From: Carcharhinus amblyrhynchos
Taxonomy: Eukaryota
Assembly (NCBI GenBank): GCA_965287045.1
Contig: OZ336875.1
Location: 99,386,001 to 99,450,000 of the forward strand
Direction of reading: 5' to 3'
Length of the DNA: 64,000 bases
Below, in pieces: positions 25,355-36,880 of the stretch. Made by a program: the position numbers and the translations under genes. Positions within the stretch are counted from its first letter, which is position 1. The number at the start of each line of letters is the position of its first letter. The notes beneath the pieces were generated by a model. The model had not been told where the DNA came from and did no database searches. It saw only the letters and a list, made by a program, of their open reading frames with translations.

Positions 25355-28282
25355 AAGAGTTCCAAATTCTTTCCCCACAAAAGAAAAAACACCGTTCTCC
25401 ATATATCCAAACCCCAGTGAAAAAGCCACCTTTGAGGCAGTGATGAGCCTTTTAATTATGTCCGAAATATCATGGATCATTGCACAGGATCAAAAGGAAG
25501 CATTTTGCACGAGACATCAGTAAAAGCATAAAAGGCTGTGAAGCTCTTACATTAGTCACTACCTTTACCCTCATGTGTAATCGCAAGTACTAGACATATG
25601 TATGAGAAATATTGTTCCTCTTCTCCAGCCCTTTATACAATTATGATGTGCACAGTTGAAACTATTTGACACCAACTTGGAATTTGCACTACTTATTTTG
25701 CTCTTTTTTTTGAAAGAAACTCAATGTGCAGTCATCGGTGAATACCAGATTTATTCCCCCTGTATCCCCGATGCCTCCTCAGATCATCCATGTATCCTCC
25801 ATAGTTGCTCGCAATGTACTACATACGGTCCTGTGATTCCACGCATTATCAGTGAAGAATATATTACATTCCTTGGGAAAAAATAAATCTCTTACCATCC
25901 ATATCAGATTCTCAAGGGAAAAAATGCAAACTGCAATGCATGCAATTACCTTCTAATGCTTGTAATCTTATTAGCTTGTGTCAACAATTGAGAAACCACG
26001 AGGGAACAATCCATTATTTCAATTTCTTGAAAATATCATTCATTCTTGAATGAATGGAACACCTAACGCGCTGAAACCCATTTGTAGTTAAAACTCAGCC
26101 AAGCATTGATAATGACTATAACTGCCACAACAATAGACTGCTCTCTAGGAAGGTAAGAACAGAAGATGTTCATTTCAGTTTCAAAGCAGAGTACCTATCA
26201 ATCAACGTAACGGAGCAGGTGGTTAGATTTTTAACCCCTCAGTGTCAAAACCAGCTCATTTTTACATCAGTGAGAGCCATTTAAATCACAAAAGAAAAAA
26301 TGACAGCATAGGCCAACAGGAAATTTTTGTAACACGTTGCACTATATTGTGGTGCTTTTTCCATTGGACATGACCAAAACACATGCTGGTCAATGTAAGG
26401 GTCAACTTGTCTTCAAAGCACAGACCCCCATGGTTAAGCAGTGCATGAAAAACACATCTGCATTACAATACAGCTCCTAATAGTGACATCTGAAGACAGC
26501 TAACTTTGAGAATGTCATAGACTTCCCAGCAGGCTTTCCCTTTTCTTCACAAACTCTGAAAGCTAGAGTGCTTTTAATGGGCTTCCAAGATCCCCATGCC
26601 ACCAGCTGAAAACAGTGCAGGAGGAAATCTGATTTTTATCCCCTGCTTAAAACAGGGAGTCTGGCCTCAGCAGGGATGGTGTGCATGAAAAGACCAGAGG
26701 AAAATGAAATGGGATTGCGAATGCAGAGGAAAATTGGATTTCCTTCAAAAGATCTAAGTGTGGCCATTCATGCACCAAAATACACCAGCAAACCCAGATG
26801 AAAATCTGGCCCTTGATGTTCAAATTAATCATTAAATACATATTTAAACTCTAAATAAAATACCTAAATGCTTTTAGAACTGTTACCATGGGAGAAATTG
26901 AACTGTGCAGTGCAGAACTTTTAGGGCTACTTCTGTGATAGGCCATCACAATTCTGATGGATACTTATTTGCAGAGGTTTGTGCACATATACCCAATGAC
27001 TGCTGACAGCATGTGAAGCAGATACTTCACGGTGCCAATCATTTCACAATGCTGATCTGATGCCAGCGTTGCCCTTTTCAAGTTCCATGCTACAGTTTAT
27101 ACCTTCTCTTAACCTCATTCAATCGAAGAGGATATTAAACAGCGTGAAAGGCCTCCCTCTGTCCCCACACCTGCACTACTTGAGGGAACAAAGAGCCACT
27201 TAGATTAGTAGCTGGATTAGATCTTCTTGCGGTCAGTGCAATTCTACACTTTTAATGAGTTTTCGCATACTTGTGTCAAATTTGGTAAGGGAGTGGTCTA
27301 ACTGGTGCTGAAGTACTTTACAACAGCTTAAAGGTTTGGTAAAACTCGTTGCTTGCAGATGTCGATGGCCAGGGTTTTTAATAAAACTATTTCTGGAGAT
27401 TGAAAATAGCATTGCACCAAGCATAACAGATTAGGGCAAAAGAAGTCAATTACATGTCATTGAATCGCACATCCTGGATTTGACTAACATTTCAGTACAA
27501 ATGAAAAATATATCGCCACCTCTTAATTAGATTAATAGGAGGAATAAACATAATTTCCTTATATTCTAACTCACTTAATCAAATTGTTTAAAGCATGCAT
27601 CTAATTTACTAGGGCTGCTTTGGGTGCAGTAATCAGTTACCGGCACCAGTGGAGGCTTTGCTAGACTCAACTTCCACTTCTAGAAACAAACAGAGATTCA
27701 ATCCTACTCAAGCCTTTCAGAATTTACCCCAATGATGCACCCACTCTGGCTTTCTGAGGCTGCAGCAGTGGCAAAGGTCCTTGGTCAGCTTATCAGACAC
27801 CAATCCCACCGCCCCCAACTCTAGTTTAAGAGCTTTTAATCTAATTAAAATATGCTCAAATCCACCTTGGTGTTTAAAACCTTAAATAAATGAAAATATC
27901 ACTGGTTTCCCCACTGATTAGATGAGATGGGGGGAAAAAAAAATACCTATTTCTTTTGCTGCTTTGACAAGATTTGAAATTGGCCTAAATCAAGCTAAGT
28001 AATTTCATGTGAATTTACACATTTCCTGGTTTAAATAGTATCTTTTAGCCTTGTTAATTTCATTTTGCCAGAGCCAATATTATTGGTTAGAAAATAAATT
28101 TGATGGCTCATTGAGGATAAAAACAGCGTACGTTTGTTTTTAGCTGCAGTTGTTACCATTCCTGCATCAATCGGAAATGTTTTTTGGTGTGCAAATAATC
28201 CTAGCGATGTAATGCACGAAAGTCCAGCAATGTAAGAGGCCTTCTCAAACAAGACTGAATTTATACTGGCAACCATTATTCC

Positions 28283-28660
28283 GTTAGTAGGATTCTCACC
28301 TTTTAATCAGAGTACAGGTTCAAGATCCCTGCAACCCTGAAATCTAGGGCTGCATTCTCACTGCAGTACTGAAGGAGTGATGTATTGCTGGAGGTGCCAT
28401 CTTCTGGATGTGATGTTGAAGTGTGACTGCACCTCTCAGTAGGATATAGAAAGATCCCATGGCCCTGCTCAAAAGTGGTGGGGTCCTCAATACTTATTCC
28501 TCAATCTGGTCATTTTGATTTTCTATTTACATGGATCTTGCTGTGTGCAAATTGGCTGCCACATTTCCCACATGACATCAGTGACTACACTTCAAAAGTA
28601 CTTCATTGGCTGTGAAGTGTTTTGATAAAGCCCAAAGTCACTCTATTAAGTTGCCTTTTT
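28283..28660 (+). mobile_element. DeuSINE (SacSINE1/AmnSINE-like)
   Basis: Deu-domain-like gcagtactgaaggagtg...ggtgccatctt...ggatcttgctgtgtgcaaattggctgcc; L2-type tail cagtgactacacttcaaaagtacttcattggctgtgaag. Confidence 0.75.
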
Positions 28661-28917
28661 TTCCAGGAGACAATTGCAGTTTAGTGCAAAACCAACTTGT
28701 AAAACTAGGAATGGCATGAACTCCAACTCTTGCAATCTGTTGGCTGTTAAACCTAGAATGTACATTTTTTTTTAAAACTGTCAACATAACCTGTGATAAT
28801 CAGGTAAGATAATCAGAGTCTATTGATTTCAAAGAACAACTCTGTTTTGAGAATTAAATTCAAATGCAATGAGGAAAGATTCTCTGTTGTTAAGTTCAAT
28901 GCAATCTGAAATTTAGA

Positions 28918-29233
28918 GAAGCATGGTGACACAGTGGTTAGCATTGCTGCCTCAGAGCAGCAGGGACCCCAGTTCAATTCCGGCCTCAGGTCACCGCCTG
29001 TGTGGAGTTTGCACATTCTCCCCATGTCGGAATGGGTTTCCTCTGGATGGTCCGTTTTCCTACCACAGTCCAAAGATGTGCAGGTTAGGTTGATTGGCCA
29101 TGCTAAATTGGCTTGAGCATCAGGGGGTTAGCAGGGTAAATATGTGGGGTTACAGGAATGGAGCCTAGGTGGGATCATGTTCGGTGCAAACTCCATGTTC
29201 CTTCTGCACTGGAGGGATTCTATGGTTCTATGA
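28918..29233 (+). mobile_element. HE1-like V-SINE, tail type A
   Basis: gcatggtgacacagtggttagcattgctgcc...caaagatgtgcaggttaggttgattggccatgctaaatt...ggattctatggttctatga. Confidence 0.85.
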
Positions 29234-29997
29234 GAGCAACAGAAGTGGGTAACCAAACTGCCTTTCTTTTCACACACACTTGCTGTTTTTACAAGAAATT
29301 CAATATAAATTTTAACCTTAATAGCATTTGAACTTTGATTCTAACATTTGCACAAGTGAATTTGAATTCCTTTTGAAAGGAAAAAAACTATAATAGTCAA
29401 TCAGCACAGTTGAACCCTGGAAAATTAAGTACACTGTACAATCTAAATTTAAACTCTTATTTCTGAGCAACAAAAAGACTTTTGGAAGAGACTGAATCCT
29501 TCATGAAAAAATTCAAACGAAGACATCAAAAGACAACACACTGAATAAATATTACCCATCTCATAATAATGTGTTAACTAACTTGATTTTAATTTTCTTT
29601 AGATAGCATAGATTATATTCGCTGAGAAAAAGTGTCTGAAAATGATTTTGGAAATCATTTTAAGCAATCCAATGAAAGCTGGGCACCAGATTGTGTAATC
29701 ACACCAACATTAAATAGAAACTACTGCATGCAGCACAACATGGCATGCTTAACAATGAAAACTGGAATCATCTATGGCAGCCTTGTCCAACAGACATTGC
29801 TGACTAGTCACAGGAGGGTCTAGGTTTTATTTGTTGTTAATTTTATTTTTTTTAATTCAGTTCTTAAGGTTACATAGCCGATGCTCAAAACCAGTCCACT
29901 CTGCTTGCTCTAAACCCAAATGTAAATTCTAATTGAATCCAATTCATTATCCCCACAAGATAGGCAAACAAGATTCAAGCTGACACCCCAACTTGAG

Positions 29998-30023
29998 CTT
30001 GATCTTAGCCAAAAGGCTGAGAA
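29998..30023 (-). pseudogene. U2 snRNA 5' fragment (about nt 6-31)
   Basis: Minus strand TTCTCAGCCTTTTGGCTAAGATCAAG vs vertebrate U2 TTCTCGGCCTTTTGGCTAAGATCAAG: one mismatch in 26 nt, a CpG transition. Confidence 0.8.
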
Positions 30024-30250
30024 TGTGGGCATATATTGCTATCCTGGGTTGACCTTGAGAAGGTGATGGGGATACCCCTTCTTGATCCATTAGTCAGTGG
30101 TGTAGGTACATTAAGAATGCTTTTATTAAAGTTCCACAGTCTTGACTCAGGGTTAGTAAAGGAACAACAGCAATTTTCAAGTCTGGATGGTGTGTGCCTT
30201 GGAGAGAAGTTGCAGCTGGTGGATTTCCCTATTCTGCTATATGGTTGCAT
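30024..30250 (-). mobile_element. Degenerate 3' end of Crack/L2-like LINE
   Basis: Minus strand aatgtacctacaccac...catcaccttctcaaggtcaacccaggatagcaatatatgcccacat; same tail family as 41960-42420. Confidence 0.55.
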
Positions 30251-30399
30251 CATTTTATCAATAAATAAGAACCAATTGCAACATGCATCCAGGGTGCCAT
30301 ATTTACTGCTGCACCACATCTAAGAGCTGATCAGTAATGTATAAGTCCACCAATCACATGGAGATCTGGAAGAAATGCACTCAATTAAATTCCAGCAGT

Positions 30400-31420
30400 T
30401 TGAGTCTAAAAGCGTGACGATCTCGAACTTTGGAGAAAGAAAAAACATAACATGGGAGCAGCGGTGTTTGTGAGTAAGACCCAAACATTTCATACTGAAT
30501 TATATTGAGAAAAGTCAACCCAACTTAATGCCAGAGTGAGAGAAAAACTGAGGAGTCATGCAAAATCAAAGAGGCTGTTCAATGAAGGTGCAGCTATAGT
30601 CCACAATGAATTGGGCAGCGGATATGTTAAGGCATTTGTGGAGCTTAAACAGAAGTGCAAAGTGACATTCAAAAGCTTTCCAGAAGAATAGAGAAGTGGA
30701 AAGGGTCAGCTACATCCTTTTGGTGGTAGGAGAGAATAGTTGGGAGATGACTGAGGGCAACAATAAAACCTGAAAAAATGCTTGAAAAATTCAGTTTATC
30801 TCTCCAACCAAAGTCAAATCATTAGGTCCACCGATATGAGTTTAAAAATCTGAGGCAGGAACCACGTGAGATTGTTGACAATTTCTTAAGATTGAAAAAT
30901 GCAGCCAGAAAATGTAACTTCAAGGGAACAGCTAAAAGGCTGGCCTATCAACTCAGTTAAGATGCTGCACACCCTGAAGTGCAATAATATTTGATTGGAA
31001 AGGGCAGGTTCATAATTTCACAGGCTGTATTCACTGTCAGAGCATGTGAAACTATGAGAAGACCAAAGACTTTAACTACCCAAATGGCTAGCCTTCAGTC
31101 AAGTCAAGAGAAAGGCAGCAGGATTAATACATGAAACAGCAACAAAATAATGCATACCAAACAGAAAAACAGAGCAAACAAAGATGATAATGGAGCTTAG
31201 GCAGAGCAACAGGGAAAAGAAAAAAAAATCCATTTCCTGGAAAATGCTAATGAGTGTGAGAACACAACAGACATAGGAACTATGCAACTGCATGAAACAG
31301 CTGGATGCAGCTGGCCCCAAAGAAGAAAAAAAAAATCACAACCATAATCAGGATGGAGATAAACCCACAACCATAAATCTGAAGCTGAAAGTTGATACTG
31401 GGAATGCAGAGTAACATCAC
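30400..31420 (+). mobile_element. Decayed Gypsy LTR retrotransposon: LTR end, PBS, gag, start of protease
   Basis: ...ATAACA|TGGGAGCAGCGGTG (iMet-like PBS, 30453-30466). Frame 30766-31002 reads KPEKMLEKFSLSLQPKSNH*VHRYEFKNLRQEPREIVDNFLRLKNAARKCNFK...QLS*DAAHPEVQ*YLIGK. LKLKVDTG at 31379-31402. Confidence 0.7.
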
Positions 31421-31479
31421 ATTGCTCAATTTAGACCACAACAGAATATCACAACATACGCACCACACATCAGTCCATG

Positions 31480-31960
31480 CTGCATATTGTCCAGGAATTG
31501 CTGCATGAAGTCACCGACCACTAGTTTCTGAGGAGCCTGAAGCAGTCACTGTCCACTGTGCAGCAAGATCTGGACAACATTCAGGTTTGGGCTGATGAGT
31601 GACAGGTAATATTTGTGTCATACAAGTGGCTCGTAATGACCATCTGAGAAGTCATGATTGGTACTCAACACTGCAACCATCAGCAAAAGTCATCACTTTC
31701 GACCTCCTGAGGGAAGAACAGCCATTTTTGAAGCAACTAAAGACAGTTACACCAAGGGCATAATTCTGAAGATTTGCAGCAATGTCCTGGGGCTGAAATG
31801 ATTGACTTTCAAAATCCACAACCATCTTCCTTTATGCTGGACATGATTCCAGTCAGTGAAGAAATTACGCCTGCTTTCCCATTGACTTCACTTTTACCAG
31901 GGTTCCTTAATGCCACACAGTCAAATTCTGATGTCAAGGGCAATTACTCTCAATCATTTT
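31480..31960. mobile_element. Crack/L2-like LINE RT fragments (rearranged, both orientations)
   Basis: cagcaagatctggacaacattcaggtttgggctgatgagtgacaggtaa (QQDLDNIQVWADE*QV); related to 58300-59290. Confidence 0.55.
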
Positions 31961-32479
31961 AGCGCCATGTACAATTTAGTAGAACATGCCACACACACAC
32001 TTGCAAAATAAAGCTAAATATATTTTACATGAGAAGTACATATACTCAACAGCAACCATTTAGTAACCAAGTTAAGCACTCAATTATCAAAAGACACTCT
32101 TCTTTTTGTTTTATTTTAACTATAAACATGGAAATAGCTCCAAGAACATGTGCTGTATTGTGCATTTGTGATTGGAGATCACATTATGTCCACTACTCAT
32201 TCATTTACTCAGCAGAGATGCAATTAACTACATCTGGATTCAACCAGTCATATGCCAGGCTAGTCTTTAACGTATTAGGCACTCGTCTACATAAAACATG
32301 GGTACGGATCTTGAAATTCCAATGAAAAGCACAGAAAAATGGTCATGTTTCATGCAGATACCACACGTGCATTGTTATGGCTGCTCGGCATTATATCATT
32401 ACGTTTTAAATTGCCTCCTTTAATTCAAGGTAAAATTAGTTTGGAGAGGAGCACGTTACTTCATACAAAATCTGCTCAG

Positions 32480-33405
32480 AGTTAAGCCCACATAAGCTGA
32501 TTGCCATGCAGACAGGGGTCCAGAGTGAAACATGTTGAAAGGACAGTGCCAGTTTTCACATCAAAACAGGCAAGAGAAGGTAGGTGTTCTTGCTGTTTGC
32601 AGACTTGGGCTGTCTCAAGGGCAGTCAGACCAAGACATTTGGATAAAGACCCACAACTGGTGCTGCAATGGCCAGGCAAAAGGAAGAGATTGTATTTGGA
32701 TCATCACCAAGCAAAGGGCTGGTAACAACAGAATCCCTGTTCAAGGAAAGGGAGATTGCGAAGCATTAAAGACCAGAGGCAACAACATGAGCACTCAAGA
32801 TTCTCTTTAAAAAGGATACTTGACGATTCACCCTGAAGCAGAACTGGGAGGATTTATGGTCATTAACCGCAAGACTGCAATTCTTTGGAAAGCGCAGTTT
32901 AACGCATAAATGCAACTTGTGGGTTTCAGCTGCGTTAGGAAGTTACGAAGCAAAAGCCTTACCAAATAAGGCTTACATTAACACTACAATGAAGTTACTG
33001 TGAAATTTCTCCAGTCGCCACAGTCTGGCACCTGTTCGGGTCAATGCACCGAACCAGCACGTCTTTCAGAACGTGGGAGGAAACCGGAGCACCTGGAAGA
33101 AAGCCACGCAGACACAGTGACAACGTGCAAACTCCGCACGGACAGTGACCCAAGCAGGGAATCGAACCCGGGTCCCTGGCACTGTGAGGCAGCAGTGCTA
33201 ACCACTGTGCTATTGTGCAGCATTACAAGGGAGTAATGCATTTGTAGCTTGGTGCATTAGCTGACTAGTAAGGAAAGTTTAGTCTATGTTGTTGTTTTTG
33301 CAATAAAAATCTTACAACACGAAACCCTGTGGTGTGATCCTTTGAGCCAATCACTGGGAAATTCATTTCTCTTTAAAAGTGATGAGTCTCTATGGGGATC
33401 ATAAT
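32480..33405 (+). mobile_element. LTR-like element interrupted by a SINE
   Basis: 3' part has gcaataaaa and ends ggggatcataat, like 3863-5013. 5' boundary uncertain. Confidence 0.35.
32966..33210 (-). mobile_element. tRNA/V-type SINE, tail type B
   Basis: aaggcttacattaacactacaatgaagttactg...gggaatcgaacccgggtccctggcactgtgaggcagcagtgctaaccactgtgc. Confidence 0.88.
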
Positions 33406-33964
33406 AGCATACTTCTTGTTGTACTTCCAGTCACACAATTTCTTTTCACACCTCCTGCAACCTGGAAAACCATCATTATTATTGTACTGACCACAAAAGC
33501 TTAGAGAAGTCAGACTTTGATATATAATTGATTGCCAGCTTTAAATAGAATCATTTTTAGCTGCTGCTATGCAAACAATAAAAAAGCGTAACCATGTTGG
33601 AGTCAGTTTCCAGCCAAGGTTGAAATAGTTTTTTTCTTTCCTGCAGGGGCAGGTAGACCGAAAGGCTTGCTGCCTGAACTGTTAAGTAAGTTCCAAGAAA
33701 ATATAACAATGGTTTCCCAATTAACCAATAGTTGTTTCTCCAGGTGCAGAGTTCTTCTTTTTTGAAACATTTGTTGGTGGTCCAGGATGGATTATTTTTC
33801 AACTTCAGCTGGCTCCTTCACCGGTCCAATCACGTACCCATCTCACCATTTCCCCATTTTTCCTTGTGACTACGTACGCATTGCCTGACCCCACTTTCTC
33901 CTCCCATCACTCCAGGACACAACTTCTCATCGCTGTGATTCACCAGTCTTACGCCTCACAGTAA

Positions 33965-34375
33965 AAAGACATGCATTTATCTGGTGTTTTTCACAAATCA
34001 CACACCTCAAAATCAGTTACAGTACGTTGAAATCTAGTGACTGTTGTAATGTAGGAAACACAGCAGCCAAAATGCACATGAGCGTACTCCCACAAACAGC
34101 AACGTGAGAATGACCTGATGGTCTGTTTTACGATATGTTGATTGAGGGATAAATACTGGCCAGGACACTGGGGAAAAACTGCCCTGCTCTTCTTCAAAAC
34201 AGTGACAGGGGATCTTTTACATTTGCCACTGCAGGCAGATGGGGGCATTGATTACAAATTCACCCAAAAGATGGCACCTACAACAGTGCTCCCCAGTGCT
34301 TCACCAGATTGGCTTTTCTGCTCAAATCAAGGAGCTGTAACTGTGGGGCGATTGCTACCAACTGAGCCACAGTCA
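33965..34375 (-). mobile_element. DeuSINE copy
   Basis: gtgactgttgtaatgtaggaaacacagcagccaaaatgcacatgagc...cccacaaacagcaa, the reverse of the Deu/L2 tail. Confidence 0.72.
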
Positions 34376-34399
34376 CTAAACTTCCCACTGCCACAGAAA

Positions 34400-34722
34400 A
34401 GCTGCCAACATAATAAAGAACCCTTGCATCCTGAACATTCTCTCTTCCACCTCCTTCTGTCGGGAAAAAGATACGAAAGTCTGAGAACATGTACCAACCG
34501 ACTCAAGAACAGCTTTTTCCCTGCTGCCATCAGACCTTTCAATGGACCTACCTTGTATTAAGTTGATCTTTCTCTACACCCTAGCTATGACTGCAACACT
34601 ACATTCTGTACCCTTTCCTTCCTTACGTATGTTATGTTTCATTTATATAGCACACAAGAAAAAATACTTTTCACTGTATACTAATGCATGTGACAATAAT
34701 AAATTAAATCAAATCAAACCAA
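34400..34722 (+). mobile_element. Rex1/Babar 3' end
   Basis: Encodes HPEHSLFHLLLSGKRYESLRTCTNRLKNSFFPAAIR; tail aaattaaatcaaatcaaa. Confidence 0.82.
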
Positions 34723-35579
34723 AGCAGTAACCAACACCAGGCCTCCCAACTAGCAACAATACTGAGCACTGAAAAAAACTTTAAACTGGTTGCACGCAAG
34801 ACCCTATTCTTTACCCAGTACTCCCAAGAAAGAAATCCTTGCGTGATTCTGTCAGCAACATCCCACAACCATTTTACTGCTGGTATCACCTCTTGCCAAG
34901 ACTCCTACCCCACAGTATCCTCCTCCCCATTGATCCCCATCGACCAAACTCCATCAGACCAAAGGGTCCACAGATCCACAGCTACAAAACCCAGCAACCT
35001 CTCTCTGTATATCATCTCCAGAAAAGTAGTCATTAACACTACACGCAGTCCAGAATGCCATGTTGACATCCTCAACATCCACTTCTATTCCCACCACAGC
35101 TTAAATAGAAAATAGATACTTATCTCATAGTCTCTGGGAAATTTGACAAACATCTTCCAAATTCTCTGTGGTAATGCATCTCTCTCTGAGCTTTCACACC
35201 CAATGCCCCCACATGGCAGAACCTATTATTCAATGATCAATGCTAAAGAATACCTGCTAAATGTATAAATGAAACAGAGACAAATACACTTTTGTGATGC
35301 GAATGCATTAGGTGTGCCAATATATTGGAAGTGAATGCTTGGATTTTTTACTTTTAAAAAATTAACTTTGAAATAGCCTACATTTAAAACAATAACACTT
35401 CTTCAGTTTGCTTGTCCCTCAGATCTACCATTTTTGCACAATTGCTAAGACTGGGCACAATTTCACAAAGTTTTCACCTCTCAGGCACAAAATTGAATGA
35501 GGCTGAGAGATGGACAGGGCTACCACATCCAGTTGTTTCAGATGCAGCAGCTCACAAACCACCTGCTGATTTGCAGGGT

Positions 35580-35768
35580 ATGATGTGGAGATGCTGGCGT
35601 TGGAATGGAGTAAACACAGTAAGAAGTCTCACAACATCAGGTTAAATCCAACAGGTTTATTTGGTAGCAAAAGCCACTAGCTTTTGGAACGCTACTCCAA
35701 AAGCCAGTGGCTTTTGCTACCAAATAAACCTGTTGGACTTTAACCTGGTGTTCTGAGACTTCTTACTG
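35580..35768. mobile_element. Short fold-back Penelope-like element (family P1), ~72-bp inverted arms
   Basis: Arms 35617-35688 and 35696-35768 are near-perfect reverse complements around loop acgctac. Homologous to 41491-41577, 45096-45224 and 63059-63245. Confidence 0.75.
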
Positions 35769-35954
35769 GATTGACAGGATAGCCAACAGAGGGCCCAGGT
35801 TTGTGTGATATACTCATCACTTCAAACTGTCCTACTTTACCTGAAGCCAGCCTGCTCCACCAAATGGTGAAGTGTACTCCGATTGGAGGTGATGGAACAG
35901 GTTGCAGGAAAGAACGTGGGGCAAGAGAACATTAGTTATGGTATAACAAGACAG

Positions 35955-36105
35955 ACAGCATGCTCCAAGGTCCTCTGACACTGCGCTGGAGCCTTTGTGG
36001 TGGTGATGGACAGCAAGAAAGATTTTGCGAGAACCAGGAGGCCCTTCCAGTAAGAGAAGGCACTGGAGTAGCAAACGCCAAGAGGCAAAAATTAAACAAG
36101 TTGAC
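35955..36105 (+). mobile_element. Possible Harbinger Myb/SANT-protein gene relic
   Basis: RQHAPRSSDTALE ... RQKLNKLT in different frames resembles APRFSxxxLE...RKKFNDL of Harbinger Myb-like proteins. Confidence 0.35.
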
Positions 36106-36239
36106 TGCACCTTTGTATCTCATCATCTTTCTCACACCCCAGCACTCCCTAACCCCACAATCTCTTCTGATTTATGAACTGCAGATGGTGAAAGTACATA
36201 TCTATTGTTTGTCCTTCATTCCTCCTTAACACATCTCTA

Positions 36240-36880
36240 CCCGGCTTCGCAGGTAGAGGATGTGGTTAAGAAGGCGTATGGTGTACTGGCCTTCGTCAAT
36301 CAAGGAATTGAGTTTAGGAGTTGGGAGATAATGCTGCAGTGTATTGTCAGACCCCACTTGGAGTACTGTGCTCAGTTCTGGTCACCTCATTACAGGAAGG
36401 ATGTTGAAGCCATTGAAAGGGTGCAAAGGAGATTTACAAGGACGTTTCCTGGATTGGGTGGCATGCCTTATGAGGATAGGTTGAGAGAGCTCGGTCTTTT
36501 CCCCTTGGAGAGACAATGGATGAGAGGGGACCTGATAAAGGTGTATAAGATGTTGAGAGGTATTGATCGGCTGGATTCTCAGAGGCTTTTCCCCAGGGCT
36601 GAAATGGCTGCCACAAGAGGACACAGGTTTATGGTGCTGGGGAGTAGGTACAGAGGAGATGTCAGGGCTAAGTTTTTCACTCAAAGGGTGGTGGATGAGT
36701 GAAATCGGCTGCCGTCAGTGGTGGTGGAGGCAAATTCGATAGGGTCTTTTAAGAGACTTCTGGATGAGTACATGGGACTTAATAGGATTGAGGGTTATAG
36801 GTTAGCCTAGTAGGTAGAGATATGATCTGCGCAACTTGTGGGCCGAAGGGCCTGTTTGTACTGTAGTTTTTTTATGATTC
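36240..36880 (+). mobile_element. CR1/HER1 3' fragment
   Basis: ORF 36205-36702 QVEDVVKKAYGVLAF...RPHLEYCAQFWSP...FFTQRVV; tail gcaacttgtgggccgaagggcctg. Confidence 0.9.
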
